Of a stretch of DNA of 64,000 nucleotides, positions 14,556 through 28,345 are shown piece after piece. Source of the stretch: Chrysomallon squamiferum (lineage: Eukaryota; Animalia; Mollusca). The stretch is taken from NCBI GenBank assembly GCA_012295275.1, contig CM022677.1, forward strand, positions 1,612,001 through 1,676,000, written 5' to 3'. Below the pieces are notes generated by a model. That model was not told the origin of the DNA, ran no database searches, and was given only the letters and a program-made list of their open reading frames with translations. The translations under genes and the position numbers were made by a program. Each line of letters starts with the position of its first letter. Positions within the stretch are counted from its first letter, which is position 1.

Positions 14556-15684
14556 AATTACAGGTATGATTCTGCACAACAGATAATTTGTCTTGAAAAA
14601 CAAATAAAAATAATGATGTGAAATAAATCATCTCCCAAAAATAGTTTAATTACTGAGATTAAAATGTATAAAACTGCAACTGAAATAAAAAAACTAATTT
14701 TAAAAATTTTAAACAGAAAGATGAAGTAAATACTTGAAATTAAAACACTTGCAACATAAAAATATAACCTTATTAATTAATTAATAGTTATCAAATTAAA
14801 AGGTAAATAATTCAAGCAAAGTGTTTAAAAATAAAAAGTAAATAAATATCAAAACTGAAGAATACACTCAGTGGTTTAAGTGATTAACTTGTGTTCTTCA
14901 GCTAGGAAGAATTAATTTCTGTTACCAATCACTGAGGTCAAACTTTTAAACGTGCACTTTTTACAATAACTGAATTATATTTACCTTTGAATGAAGTCAA
15001 AAATGACAGTTTTCTCAGACACCAGTTTTTTATGTCTTTTGTCTAGTCAGAAAAGTTGACATCAGAAAACTGTGAGAAAATGAAGTCAAGTGAAGCAAGA
15101 CAAACTTCAGTAATGTCTGCTCCGTGTCATGTGACATAAGTAGCTGTGAAATTAAGAATAATTAATCAGTTATTTGTTTAGTAAAATTAATTCAGTAAAA
15201 TGTGTATTTGTTTATATTAACAGATATACAAATACAAGATATTTCTGTTTGAGTAGAATTATAACTCTTTTCTTCAAATTAATGCTTAAACTATTGTTTT
15301 CCATTACAAATCTTGTTATATTTTTATAATGAAAATATTTTTAATGAATATTGTTTCTAATAATGACAACATGTACTTAAAATGTTCATGTTTAATTTAC
15401 TCCTGTTTATTTTAAGAAAAACACAATTTATCTTATAAGTTACCAAAGTACTGGAACATATTAAATTAACTAAGTTGAAATTTAACAACTTAGGATTTAA
15501 AAATAATAATAATAATAATAATAATAATTATTATTATTACTATTATTATTATTATTATTATTATTATTATCATTATTATTATTAAAAAATAAATAAAAAC
15601 ATCATATAACTGAAAATAGTTTTATCAACTTTCAATTTTCCTTTTATGATGACGCCAACAATTTCAATACTTTCAACTGACTGA

Positions 15685-15803
15685 AATACAGATATAAGTA
15701 AACACAGATATAAGTAAACACAGATATAAGTAAACACAGATATAAGTAAATACAGATATAAGTAAATACAGATATAAGTAAACACAGATATAAGTAAACA
15801 CAG
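15685..15803. repeat. 16-bp minisatellite (ACACAGATATAAGTAA), ~7 copies
   Basis: Direct inspection; reverse-complement counterpart at ~38955-39058. Confidence 0.9.
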
Positions 15804-15876
15804 ACATGTATGCTCAGTAGCAAGTGCTGACAAAATACGTCTGACAGTAATCAGTTTCTATGACTACATACTTAAC

Positions 15877-15919
<43 letters not shown>

Positions 15920-16057
15920 CAACAACAATAATATAAGGACATTCTCAACTTGAGACAAATGTCATTCTGTTTTTCAAAGTGACAATCACGCACGCCATCT
16001 CTGTATGTGTACAAGTTTTTAAATGAAAAAAATAAATATTTGTGTTTGTGTGTGTGT

Positions 16058-16112
<55 letters not shown>

Positions 16113-19100
16113 GGTGTGTGTTTGTGTGTGTGATCTTTATTTTAAAGGAGACACAATCTTTCACGATACAGCTTTCAGAATATTATATTTGATTTATGTT
16201 ACATAAAACAACAATTAGGAAAAGATTTAATAACAAAACTACAAATGACTAGACACTCATAAAGCTATCTAATATGTGGATATGAATAATTTGAAAAAAG
16301 AAAAAGAAAGTTTTCTGTCACTTGAACAAATCAAATTGGAAAGCCTGTTAACAAGCTCTCTGCACACATCTCCGTTCGGTGAATGATGAAGTGAGATGAA
16401 CTTTGACCTTTAACCCACATATTTGTGTAATGAAAAGTGTCCGCTGGTTTTAATCTCCTACTTTAGCATGCAGGTAATCTAAATTTTAAGAACAATTATA
16501 ATAATGAGAAAAATAAATGATAGTAATAATTTTTGGTAATATGGTAACTATATTTGAAAGTTATTTTTAAGATAAATAAATAAATAATAATGATAATGAA
16601 TAAATAGCATAACATAACATAATTGTTATTACTACTGCTACGACTGCTACTATAAGTACTATAACGGCTTCTACTAATTTTTCCTATTATTATTGTTATT
16701 AGTATTAATGTTGGTGCTGTTACTATTCTAAATTATTTTAGTAAATTATTTATTGATTTTAGTTTTATTATTTATTTATATTTTTCATATCGTTGTCTTC
16801 GCTGTTTTCGTCGTCGTCATTGTTTATAAGAAATGTATAAAAGAAAAATACGTTTCTTTTTTTTTTTTTTTTTCGGAAGAATTGTAAAGCGTCAGTTGTT
16901 TTACAGTGTTCAGGTGAAATTCACATCAGTGGTGAGAACTGCGAAGCAGGTGGGATGGTATGGTGGGGGGCGACCTCGATTTTATTTTGCGTTTGACTGG
17001 TGCAGGCCGAACTTAGACCGATCGATAAACTCGCTGTCATGGCAACGAAATACACAGTTCCCTTTCTTTCGTTTCTTTTCTTTTCTTTCTTCTTCTTCTT
17101 CTTCTTCTTCTTCTTTTTTTTTTTTTTTTTTTTTTTAGGTTATTTTATTTTATTTTATTTTTTATTATTATTATTTAAATTAGTTTTTCGCGACTGACTG
17201 TTCTATCAGATGCAATGAATGAAGGAAGGAAGGAAGAAAGGAATAAATAAAGACGGTAAGTCTGTTATTAGTTGAACTGACTTCATTTCCGTGGTATTTG
17301 CTGTGTGTGTGCGTGTGCGTTTGTGTGTGTACGCATGTATGTAGAGTAACCATTGTAATGTGAATGCGACTACTGTTATTACTACAACTATAGTACTACT
17401 GCTAGTAATAATACTGACAACGTAGAAACAAGCTACAACGGGAACAGTAACATTAACAGTAAAAAATATAACAACGATATAAAACAGTAACCATCACAGA
17501 AACAACATTATGATTAACCGTAACGACAATAACAACGATGGAAGCAGTGATATTAACAAGATGGTAAAAATATCAGTTACTTAAATGAGAACTACAACAA
17601 CATTAATAAAACTCCGATGATACGACACCAGCGTTGATAATCACAGTTAGACTTTTATGAAGAAAACACTAACAACAACGATATCACAACAACGTCAGAA
17701 ATGATAGCAGTACAGGAATAACAGCAATAAATTTAAAACAATAGCTAGAACTACAACATAATATCAAAATAAAGTCAACGACGGCGACATCAATACAAAT
17801 GATGATTACAATAATGATAAAAATAATAATTATGATGATGATGATGATAATGTCAATATGGAAAGTCAAAACATTAAAGGAAAAGACCACAACGACGGCA
17901 GTAATGATATTAATTATAATAATATTAACAATGTATGAATAACAGTTTCCGTAAAAAGCGAAAAATTACAATGAGACAACAATAACTAGAAGATAACAAC
18001 GACAGCGAAATCAAACTAAATAATAATAATAATAATAATAATGACAACAGTCAAACGACCATTCGGCACAATAACATCATTAACATTCATTATGTACTTT
18101 TTCAAGTTTTATATGAAGTGTTTCTCCAGATAAATAATTAAATCTAACGCTAGACTTGATCATGTCAGTTTGTAATTAATATTATGTTATAACACAAAAA
18201 AGGTATTTCAGTTTTCTTTTTTCCTTTATCAGTTATATTTTTGGATGAATATTTATTTTATTAATTTATTGCATGGGCATTAATAATTAAATTGATTTAG
18301 TAGTAATTAATTCATGAGGCAAGTAACCCGGTTCAAGTCTAGTTAAAGTTTTTATTTTGATGATCTGAGGCTGAAAGTGAAAGGCAGACGAGACTAACTT
18401 GAGTGCAGCAATTACAATCTACTTTACTTTTTTTAAATTATTATAATTATTATTATTATTCAAGTAAGTTTAAAATGAAATATAAGAAATGAATCTAAGG
18501 ATATCCATTGTCTAGTTCTTTTTTTTTTAATTTGTTTTAATTTAAATTTTTTTTAAATTTTAATATAACTTTTGTAATAAAAGTGTTTTAGAATTAAATG
18601 TCATTATCCAAAAATAGCAAGTGACGTCACTTGCCAGAATCGCTTCTGTACTTTCATTCACTTGTTATCTGATCATAACGGTGTGTGTTATTAACTTGCA
18701 GAAAATAGAAGATATTTTCAAATACATTATTTTATTATGGAAGATTTTTCGATCAAAAATGAAATGTTTATAGCACAGAAACTCATTATTCAGTGCTACT
18801 TTAGCGTATGATCTACGCGATCTAATGATCTACACCGAGCAAATTTAACTTTGATGTGTGATCTACGCGGTTATTTTAATTATTATTTTATTTATTCTTG
18901 GTTTTCTATTATTGTTTCACGGCATAAATAATTTTAAAAAATCCTAGTATTATATATTTGTAATTTATAGGAACAAGTGGTAAAAAGTATACAAATCTGA
19001 ATAATTGTGTTGATGAACTGAGCGAACATCTGCTAGAAAGATCTTCACTTGTCTTCATCTTCCTTCATTTCTCCACCACAACGACGACATAGTGCAACAT

Positions 19101-19941
19101 TTTCTACACATCTACATTACAGGGGCGCACAAACTTTCTGATCTTATAGACCACAGCGCTTTAACTTCACTGACACTAGTGCCGCATTTTTGAATTAAAT
19201 GTCATTATCCAGACATTTCATTGTGATTACGTAAACTCTGAAAACGTAACATGTATGATTTTGTATAATTTTCTAACAGTGAACCTCTGTGACTTAAAAT
19301 GCTGCATGTAAATAATGGGTGCGTTTACATGTTTCCATACAAACTGACTTCATTCCTGTTGATTCCCATTAAAGTAAAAAATAAAACCGTTATTAATATT
19401 ATTTATTACTTTTGTTAAATAACAACTTCAAAACTGTCAGATCTGAAAATGAATACTAGACGACATTTTGTGTACGGCATCTGACAGTGATAGGAAGTTC
19501 ATGTTGTACGAGTGTTTATACTGAGACGTTAAATGTGATGAGGTGACATCGTTTCCACGGCCGCAGGTTGCGCACCCCTGATTTACAAGGACATTTCTTC
19601 GTAAAACTGTAACTGCCTTCGTCTCGTCTCTGATCACGTTGTAAAAATCTTTAGCCAACATCTTAAGGGTACTTCAGAAATTGAAACGAACAAGTAAAAT
19701 CACAGAGAGGAATACAGAAAAACTACCAAATCGTATACCTATTCAGAAATGAAGTTTGCCATATGTGATGTTCTTATATATTTATCACGCATTAGGTCGA
19801 ATCTGTTTTATTACTTTACATGCCTGCTATAGTTTCCTGTAAGTTGAAGATTACACGCCAAGTTATCATACATTATTCTCTAAATGTTGACCAATTCGGT
19901 TTATTTTTGCGGGGCTTAATTCATTATGTTAAAACAAACAA

Positions 19942-19992
<51 letters not shown>

Positions 19993-20944
19993 ACACGAGA
20001 GCTAGCTCATAGGTACTGAGTCATACGAAGGGATATCAGTTTGTTACACTCTTCTGAAATAACAAATTTGTTCAGTTTATCTTTAGTTTTATATTATTAT
20101 TAATGATACCCATCTATGTGAAAACACTGATCACGTTAATGATTTCTCACAGTAATTATCACCAATGACGTAACAAGGTTGGATACAGATAATATCGATA
20201 TTCAACCTTTAATTCTATTGATCTCAGTAATTGTTTAAATTTCACACGTGTTGTGCTATTTTAGGAACAGGCCTGATATTTAACAATAATCCTTGCAATA
20301 CACAAACTGCGGCTAAAGGTTGGAGCGCACACCAGAAAGGTGTTGCAGATACTAACTACGTGTAATAAACTGTCTGAAAATCAAAGGTAACAAACTGTCT
20401 GAAATCATCAAACAAACGTGTAACAAACTGTCTGAAATCATAACAAACTGTCTGAAATCATCAAACAAAAGACAGCTGAAGGCACAGGTGTGATAAGTGA
20501 TAAGAGAAACACAAAACAGTTTTCTAAGCTTTATACTTGTTGTGACTTGACTGCAATCAAACGTTACTTATCATCTGGCCATTGTAGGTATTTTTTCTGT
20601 AACTGAGCTAATCTACACTTCAAGCAAAAATAAATCAAGTTTTGAAAATTAGATACTGAGATATTAAGTTTAGTTTATTTTTAATTCAGCATTCGAGCAC
20701 AATTTCATAGAGTACCATGAACATCATTTTCAGTAACAAATGCAAATTGTAAGCTGGCAACCATGATTCAACTGAGTTGTTTGTCTCAAAATTGAGCACC
20801 TGATAGCTCGTTAGTACATTTAGCAAAGAGCGCATAATGTGTGACATAGGCTTACCTACAATTCGTACATGCCTTACTGACATCTACGAGTAGAACAAGT
20901 AACTAAAATATGCTTCACACTTATTGTAAGAGGTATAAATAGCA

Positions 20945-21030
20945 TCTATAATACAAATTGTTTCTATAATACAAATTGTTTCTATAATACAAATTGTTTC
21001 TATAATACAAATTGTTTCTATAATACAAGT
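20945..21030. repeat. 18-bp minisatellite (TCTATAATACAAATTGTT), ~4.5 copies
   Basis: Direct inspection; one unit fewer at ~33485-33552. Confidence 0.85.
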
Positions 21031-21479
21031 TATTCTTATGCATTTTTTAATCCGTTCGTGTATGTATAAATTTACTTCTCTTTGGACTATAGATTAAACA
21101 ACCCCCATATCAAATTTTAGCGTACAAATTAGTATTAAGGTTATTAAGGTAGATTTTCCTTTTTAGTCATTTGACCTACTTAAAATATTGTTTTTCTTCC
21201 AGGTTCCAATTAATTTTATGAAGTGAACATCGAGATGATATATTTTTATTTTATTTTTTTTTTTATTATTTTTTTTTATCTTAACAGGTTTATATATTTT
21301 GACTGAAGTTGTGGAGTGAGTTTAATGAGGCGGTTAGTTAACAGCTCAGTGATTCACTACTTTTATTATTTTTCGCTCTGCTGTTTCTTTTTATTTAGAA
21401 ATATAATAAAAGTAATATTACTGTTTTTCCTTCTTCAGTAATTACTTCTGCTTTGTTACTGTTTTCATTACTGTTCTTG

Positions 21480-21526
<47 letters not shown>

Positions 21527-21671
21527 TTTGCTTGCTTATTTGTGTATTTGTTTTTATTTTGTCATCTTTTTACTTGCTTGTTGTTTATTAATATGTTTAC
21601 TTACTTATTTTTAATTTCTTTTTACCATTTATTTGTTTGTTTATTTGTTTATTATTTTATTTTCTGTTTAC

Positions 21672-21702
<31 letters not shown>

Positions 21703-21759
21703 TTTGTTTATTTATTTATTTCGTATGCTGGCATATAAGTGTGTTATTAAAAACTGGTA

Positions 21760-21851
<92 letters not shown>

Positions 21852-22014
21852 GGGCTGACTTTGTACTTTATCTCTAGGTAATAAATTTAAGACAACTAAG
21901 TAAACTTTAGTCTTGACAAAGCAGATTAGTATGTGTGTTATCACTAACACGTGTTTCAATAACAAGCTCAACAGAGATTCTGGAAGAGGGGAAAGAGATA
22001 ACGGTTTGTTGATT

Positions 22015-22158
<144 letters not shown>

Positions 22159-22414
22159 ACACACACATATGTTCTGTAAAGTAAATCCCTTTCAGGATAT
22201 ATGTATGATAATAATTACGAACACAGTAGCTTGACGCGATCTAAAAAAAAAAAAAAAAAAAAAATATAATAATAATAAATAAAAATAATGATAACCATAT
22301 CAAAAAATTTGTCTACGAAAAAATATATATATAATTCTAAATTTACCAATTGTTTAGAAATATATATATATAATAATAAAATTATATAATTGTTTAATAA
22401 TAATAATAATAATC

Positions 22415-22453
<39 letters not shown>

Positions 22454-22819
22454 CTGGTATAATTTGTCTCTCTGTATAAAGTTGACTTTGTACTAAAGTA
22501 AATTTGTTTATCTCCAGGGAAGAAAGCTGAGACAACGCAGTGAACTTTAGTCTTGACAAAGCAGATTAGTAGATCTCGTTTCGCTCACTCGTGTTTTAGT
22601 AAGTTAATTATACACAAATTTAACATACATAACAAATATTTCAAACTGTTTTCGAATTTAAAATATATAATATAGTTAATTCCAAAGCAAATTTTTGTTA
22701 TTAGATTAAAGAAATGACTTTGGCAATTTTAGACGATGGAAAATGTTATCACAATGAATTTACAGAACAATTTACAGTGGAAATTTAACACCAGTAGGAA
22801 TAAAGTAACACCAGTAGTA

Positions 22820-23240
<421 letters not shown>

Positions 23241-23497
23241 TTATTTTATTGTTTGATATATATATATATATATATATATCAAAGAATAAAATAATTAAAT
23301 ATTCAGATATGGTGAATAAGAAAATGCACACAATAATAATAATAATAATGATAAAACACACATACAGACATGATAAGTCGCACACACACATACACGTAGA
23401 GACACACACATACATACACACAGACACGCAGACACATACACTGTACACATACATACATACATTTTCTTATTCACATATCTGAACATTTAATTATTAT

Positions 23498-23541
<44 letters not shown>

Positions 23542-23547
23542 ACACAA

Positions 23548-23581
<34 letters not shown>

Positions 23582-24751
23582 TCCTGTGTGTGCGTGTGCA
23601 TGTAGAAAGTGGACTTTTACTAAGTGTATCTCTAGGTAATAAATTTAAGATAGCCGAGTAAACTTTACTCTTGACAAAACAGATTAATAGGTTATGTTAT
23701 CACTAACACGTGTTTTAGTAATAGATTAATTATATAGGAGTTGAACACATATAACTATATTTAAATAGATTAAAAAATAATATTGTTATTATTAAACAAA
23801 GAAAAATCTGATCATAAAGAAGTTTAAATTTACAAGACAATATTAGCAGCAGTAACACTAACAGCAGTTGTTATAGTAATAGTTATAGTAGTAGTAGTAG
23901 TATCAGTAGTAGAAGCAGTAGTAGTAGTAGTAAAAGCAGTAGTAGTAGTAGTAGAATCAATAGTAGTAGTAGTAGTAGTAGAAGTAGTATTAGCAGCAGC
24001 AACATTTTAGCAGTTGGATTAGTATTAACAACTGTAGTATTAGTAGCGCTAGTAACGGTACGGTAGTAGTAGTAATTGTAGTAGCAGTAGTAGCTACCAG
24101 TAAAAGTACTGACAGTGGTAGTAGTGATAGAATTAGAAGTAATATTATAAAATATAGTAACAGTAGTTAAAGTAATCGTAGTACTAATAATAGTTTGATG
24201 CTATTGATATTAGTAGTGGTAGTAAAGCTGTAGCAGCAACAGTACTATTAGCAGTTTTAGTAATAGTATTTTAGTAGTAACAGTAGTAATAATGGTTGTA
24301 GTAGTAGCTGTGGTTGCTTGTTCTACTTGTAAAATGAAATACAAGTTAGTAGAAACAATGTTGTAGTAGCTGTAATATTACAGGTAACAGTGGTTGTAAT
24401 AAGTAAATATATAAATACCATACCCCCACCCGTTATTTAAGCAAACCCGGACCTGGGTGTTTGATTTCGTGTTAAAGAGAAAAGATAACGGTTTATTGTT
24501 GATTAGTAATTTTTCTAATTGACGTATGCAATTATCAGCTTACTAAATAAGGACATGTTTTCAAGCTGACATACCTCACCTGAGTTTTATCTCAATCACG
24601 AGATGGTCAAAGTTCTCTGAAAGCGGGTATATTAGATCACGTATTTGTGTGTTTGTCTCATACAACTGAAAACTGGTTTCCACGTCAACAGTCTGATTGA
24701 CTTCTCTTTAGAAATTATCCAACCTGGTAAGAACTTATGAAACTTGCATTT

Positions 24752-24875
<124 letters not shown>

Positions 24876-25191
24876 TTTGCGAACACCAATTTTAATTTCC
24901 TCGGATATGCGTTTTATATTGTTATTTGTTAATTTTATTTATTGATTTAGTTATAATTATAATTGTTATTGTTGTTGTTGTTGTTATTATATTTTTTCTT
25001 CGTTGATGTTATCACTTTTAGTCTATTGAGTTTTACCTATTGATAACAAAATCACTGTCACGTACATTGGTTATTAATTACCTTAGGAGCAGATAGAAAT
25101 GTCTATAAATATTATATATTTCCACATCTAAACAAACACTTTACAGCTTTTTAATAGTCTTTTTAAACTTCCAGAGAATTTGTTGAATTGA

Positions 25192-25240
<49 letters not shown>

Positions 25241-25334
25241 GATATGTCCATATATGGATATGAATATAATGTTTTCCTTCTGTTCTTCTTGTATTGCAAA
25301 ATCCACCCCAAAAAAAATTAATAAAAAAAAAAAA

Positions 25335-25365
<31 letters not shown>

Positions 25366-25533
25366 AAAATAAAAAAAAGCAAAAAACAACAACAGCAACA
25401 GTAATAATAATGGTTCAATGTATTGTTTATAACTTATGGCTATATATTCATCAATCATTTTTTTTTTTTTTTCTTCCTTTCTTTCTATATTTATTTATTT
25501 TATTTCATTGTATTTCATTTTATTTTATTATAG

Positions 25534-25618
25534 ATCTCTGATTTCAGTGATCAATAGCAGAGTCGTTAAACAGAAATAACGCATTTCTAAGAAATTATCG
25601 TTCAGGAAGTTTTTTCAG
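25534..25618 (+). other. Putative non-coding (5'UTR) exon, module A (85 nt)
   Basis: T-rich tract + tAG acceptor (25532-25533); donor CAG|GTAGGT (25619); similar to modules at 27054 and 27494. Confidence 0.45.
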
Positions 25619-26365
25619 GTAGGTAATTAATTTTTTTTAAAAATTTTTTATTTTTTGTGTGTGTGCTCCTTTCATTCTTTCTTTCTTCGTTTCTTCAGTC
25701 GTTCCTTCCTTCTTAACTAACGTTTGTATTGGTCTATCACCTCTTCCAACTAGTGTATAAAATGTTAAGGTATTTGTTTTCATCTGCAGTGGAAAACAAT
25801 AAAAGAAAAACAAAAATTAACATTGTCGCTGCTATTAATGTACATACAACAAACTGCATTATAGTGTTAAACATATGAAAAAATATGTAGTAGACCTGGA
25901 CTTGTAACTTTTACTGTTCATCTGGTATATGGAAGGTGCCACTAGAGGATGTGATAATATTATCTCATATAATTTTATTATTTTCCGTTAACGAGTTTGT
26001 TTGTTGCTTGTCTTTATCATCTTTATTGAAATTATTTATCTTCTCACAAAGCTGACAAATGTAAATAATTTCTTATTTTCACGGGTTATTTCTACACTTA
26101 TGGACAGATTGTGTATTAACAATTAACTTGTCAGATCGCTGTAAATAACACCCGAGTATATCTTTGTGTGTCTCGTGTACCAGTGACACGCTGTTTTTAT
26201 ATGACCTACATAACAAGCAAACAGTCAGTGTTAGATTACATTGAAACTGGTCATGCAAGCCTCGTCAGAGAAATAAGACATGTACACTTATATTCAGTAT
26301 ACTGTAAAAAATATTTGTTATTATTATTATTGTTGTTGTTGATGATGTTGATGTTGTTGTTGTTG

Positions 26366-26429
<64 letters not shown>

Positions 26430-26561
26430 GTTTATAACTTACGTATAAGCAATGGCATCTAGTAGTATTTAATTTATTGAATTAGAATTAATGTAATTTA
26501 TTGTAAAGAAGATTTATGTAAGATCAGTGTACATATATCTCGTATTTGTCTATTTTAATCT

Positions 26562-26681
26562 GAAACTGAAACGTAACACTTGATGACGTATAAGATATTT
26601 GACGTCAGTCGCGTGTTTATCAGTGGAGGGTTTCCAAACTAAAAGAACACAAAGCAGAACTGACAGCAGTCGGCCATATTG
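26562..26681 (+). promoter_or_regulatory. Candidate promoter of BTB copy 1: ISRE-like, CRE, kB-like and YY1-like motifs
   Basis: GAAACTGAAAC (26562-26572), TGACGTA (26584-26590), TGACGTCA (26600-26607), GGAGGGTTTCC (26625-26635) and CGGCCATATTG (26671-26681) in a locally CpG-richer patch 1.1-1.2 kb upstream of the ATG. Motif match only. Confidence 0.4.
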
Positions 26682-26854
26682 AACGTGTATAAAATTTTAT
26701 ATTTTATTATGTGTTGACGCTTCCACTGTTCTTAATTTATTATAAATATATCAGAGTTAGTTCTCTAACAAATAGATTACTTAAGTGTCAGGTGTTTTAA
26801 ATTGAAATGAAAAAAGTTATGTATATCCTGACTTTAATATGCTTATTATTATTA

Positions 26855-26926
<72 letters not shown>

Positions 26927-27053
26927 GCTATTACTATTACTACTGCTATCCTATTATATCTCTTTTTTTTTTTTTTTTTTTCTTTTTTTATTAACGCCTT
27001 TTGCTATATATCGCTTACTTTATATTATTTTATTTTATTTAATTTATTCTTAG

Positions 27054-27138
27054 ATCGGTGACATCTGTGATCTATAACTGAGTTGATAGAAAATAGTCGC
27101 TTATAAGAAATTGTCGATCAGGAAGTTGAAATTACAAG
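27054..27138 (+). other. Putative non-coding (5'UTR) exon, module B (85 nt)
   Basis: ttcttAG acceptor (27052-27053), donor AAG|GTATTT (27139). Same length as module A and shares the aagaaatt.tcg.tcaggaagtt core. Confidence 0.5.
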
Positions 27139-27493
27139 GTATTTTATATTGTTTTATATTTCAAAAGTTTCACATCTTTTTCCTTGATTTTCCTCACTTA
27201 TTATTCTTTTTTCTTATATCGTGTTTCTTTTAGATTTGTTATTAGTGGTTAATTATTTTGTCTTTTCGAGGAGTAAGTTGGTATAAATGACCATATGTAC
27301 ATTGCGATTTGAAAACCGTATCTCCCACAGTTAAATATGTCTGTGTATAATAATAATTATTGTTGTTGTCGTCATCATAATAATCACTAGTGTAAGCATA
27401 ATGTACTTCTTTTTATCTTTTATCGATTTGGTATATATTTATCTGATTTGTTTTCTTTCTTTCATTATCTTTTATTTATTTATTTGTTTTTAG

Positions 27494-27563
27494 ATTTCTG
27501 ATCTCAGTGTTGAACAGTACAGGCCTTAAACAGAAAGTACTCGATTGTTAGAAATTATCTCAG
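27494..27563 (+). other. Putative non-coding exon, module C (70 nt)
   Basis: tgtttttAG acceptor (27492-27493); agatttctgatctcagtg...ttaaacagaaa...agaaattatctcag resembles module A; weak donor CAG|GTTGAT. Confidence 0.35.
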
Positions 27564-27705
27564 GTTGATTATTTTTTTACATAAAAATGTTTAGTATTTG
27601 AAATATTTCTATGTACAGGTCATAGCTAGATGTGAATATAGAAAACTGATCACTGCAATGTGAGGCTGCGTATTAGAAACATTTTAAAATTATATTTCGT
27701 ATGAG

Positions 27706-27753
<48 letters not shown>

Positions 27754-27771
27754 TATGTTTTTAGTGAAAAC

Positions 27772-28027
27772 ATGGCCACCTCAGCAGAAGTTTCAAGTTG
27801 GCAGACAGGGAAAACACTAACGGAGTGTATTGAACACGTTTTTCGTACGAGAACAGACAGCGACGTCAGATTTGTTGTTGGGGAAGAAGAAAAATTGTAG
27901 AAGCACATCGCTTCATCCTGATGATCAGAAGCGATGTCTTCCACAAAATGATTATGGGAGAACTTCGCGAACAAAACAGCATCATCTTGCCTGATGTTGA
28001 GGCAGATATTTTTACCGAGTTTTTAAA
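27772..28027 (+). pseudogene. BTB/POZ-BACK-PHR copy 1, coding exon 1, frameshifted as assembled (pseudogene or homopolymer error)
   Basis: Near-identical to 59120-59376 but has A5 rather than A6 at ~27890-27894, giving GAA AAA TTG TAG (stop at 27898-27900 after 42 codons). Acceptor AG at 27763-27764 and donor GT at 28028 are intact. Confidence 0.8.
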
Positions 28028-28096
28028 GTATGTTAACAAACTCACACACACACACACGCACACAGCCACACACAGAGACACAGACACAAACACACA

Positions 28097-28148
<52 letters not shown>

Positions 28149-28345
28149 TACACACAGACACAAACACACAAACACACAGACACACACAGCGACACAGGTA
28201 CGAACATAGTGAGTAACGAAACATACAAACCGACACGAACGTTGATAACAATACAGTTTTTGTTAGTAATATAATTATTTTCTAATTGAATAATCTCACA
28301 TAATTATCTCTCATTTTGAAGTCTTACTCTACTTCTTTTACACAG

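Noticed and set aside
19437-19661. ORFs present twice in the window (19437/34826, 13448/40697, 10087/49340/62151)
   Set aside because: Recurrence is due to the inverted duplication or MITE copies; no protein-family signal.
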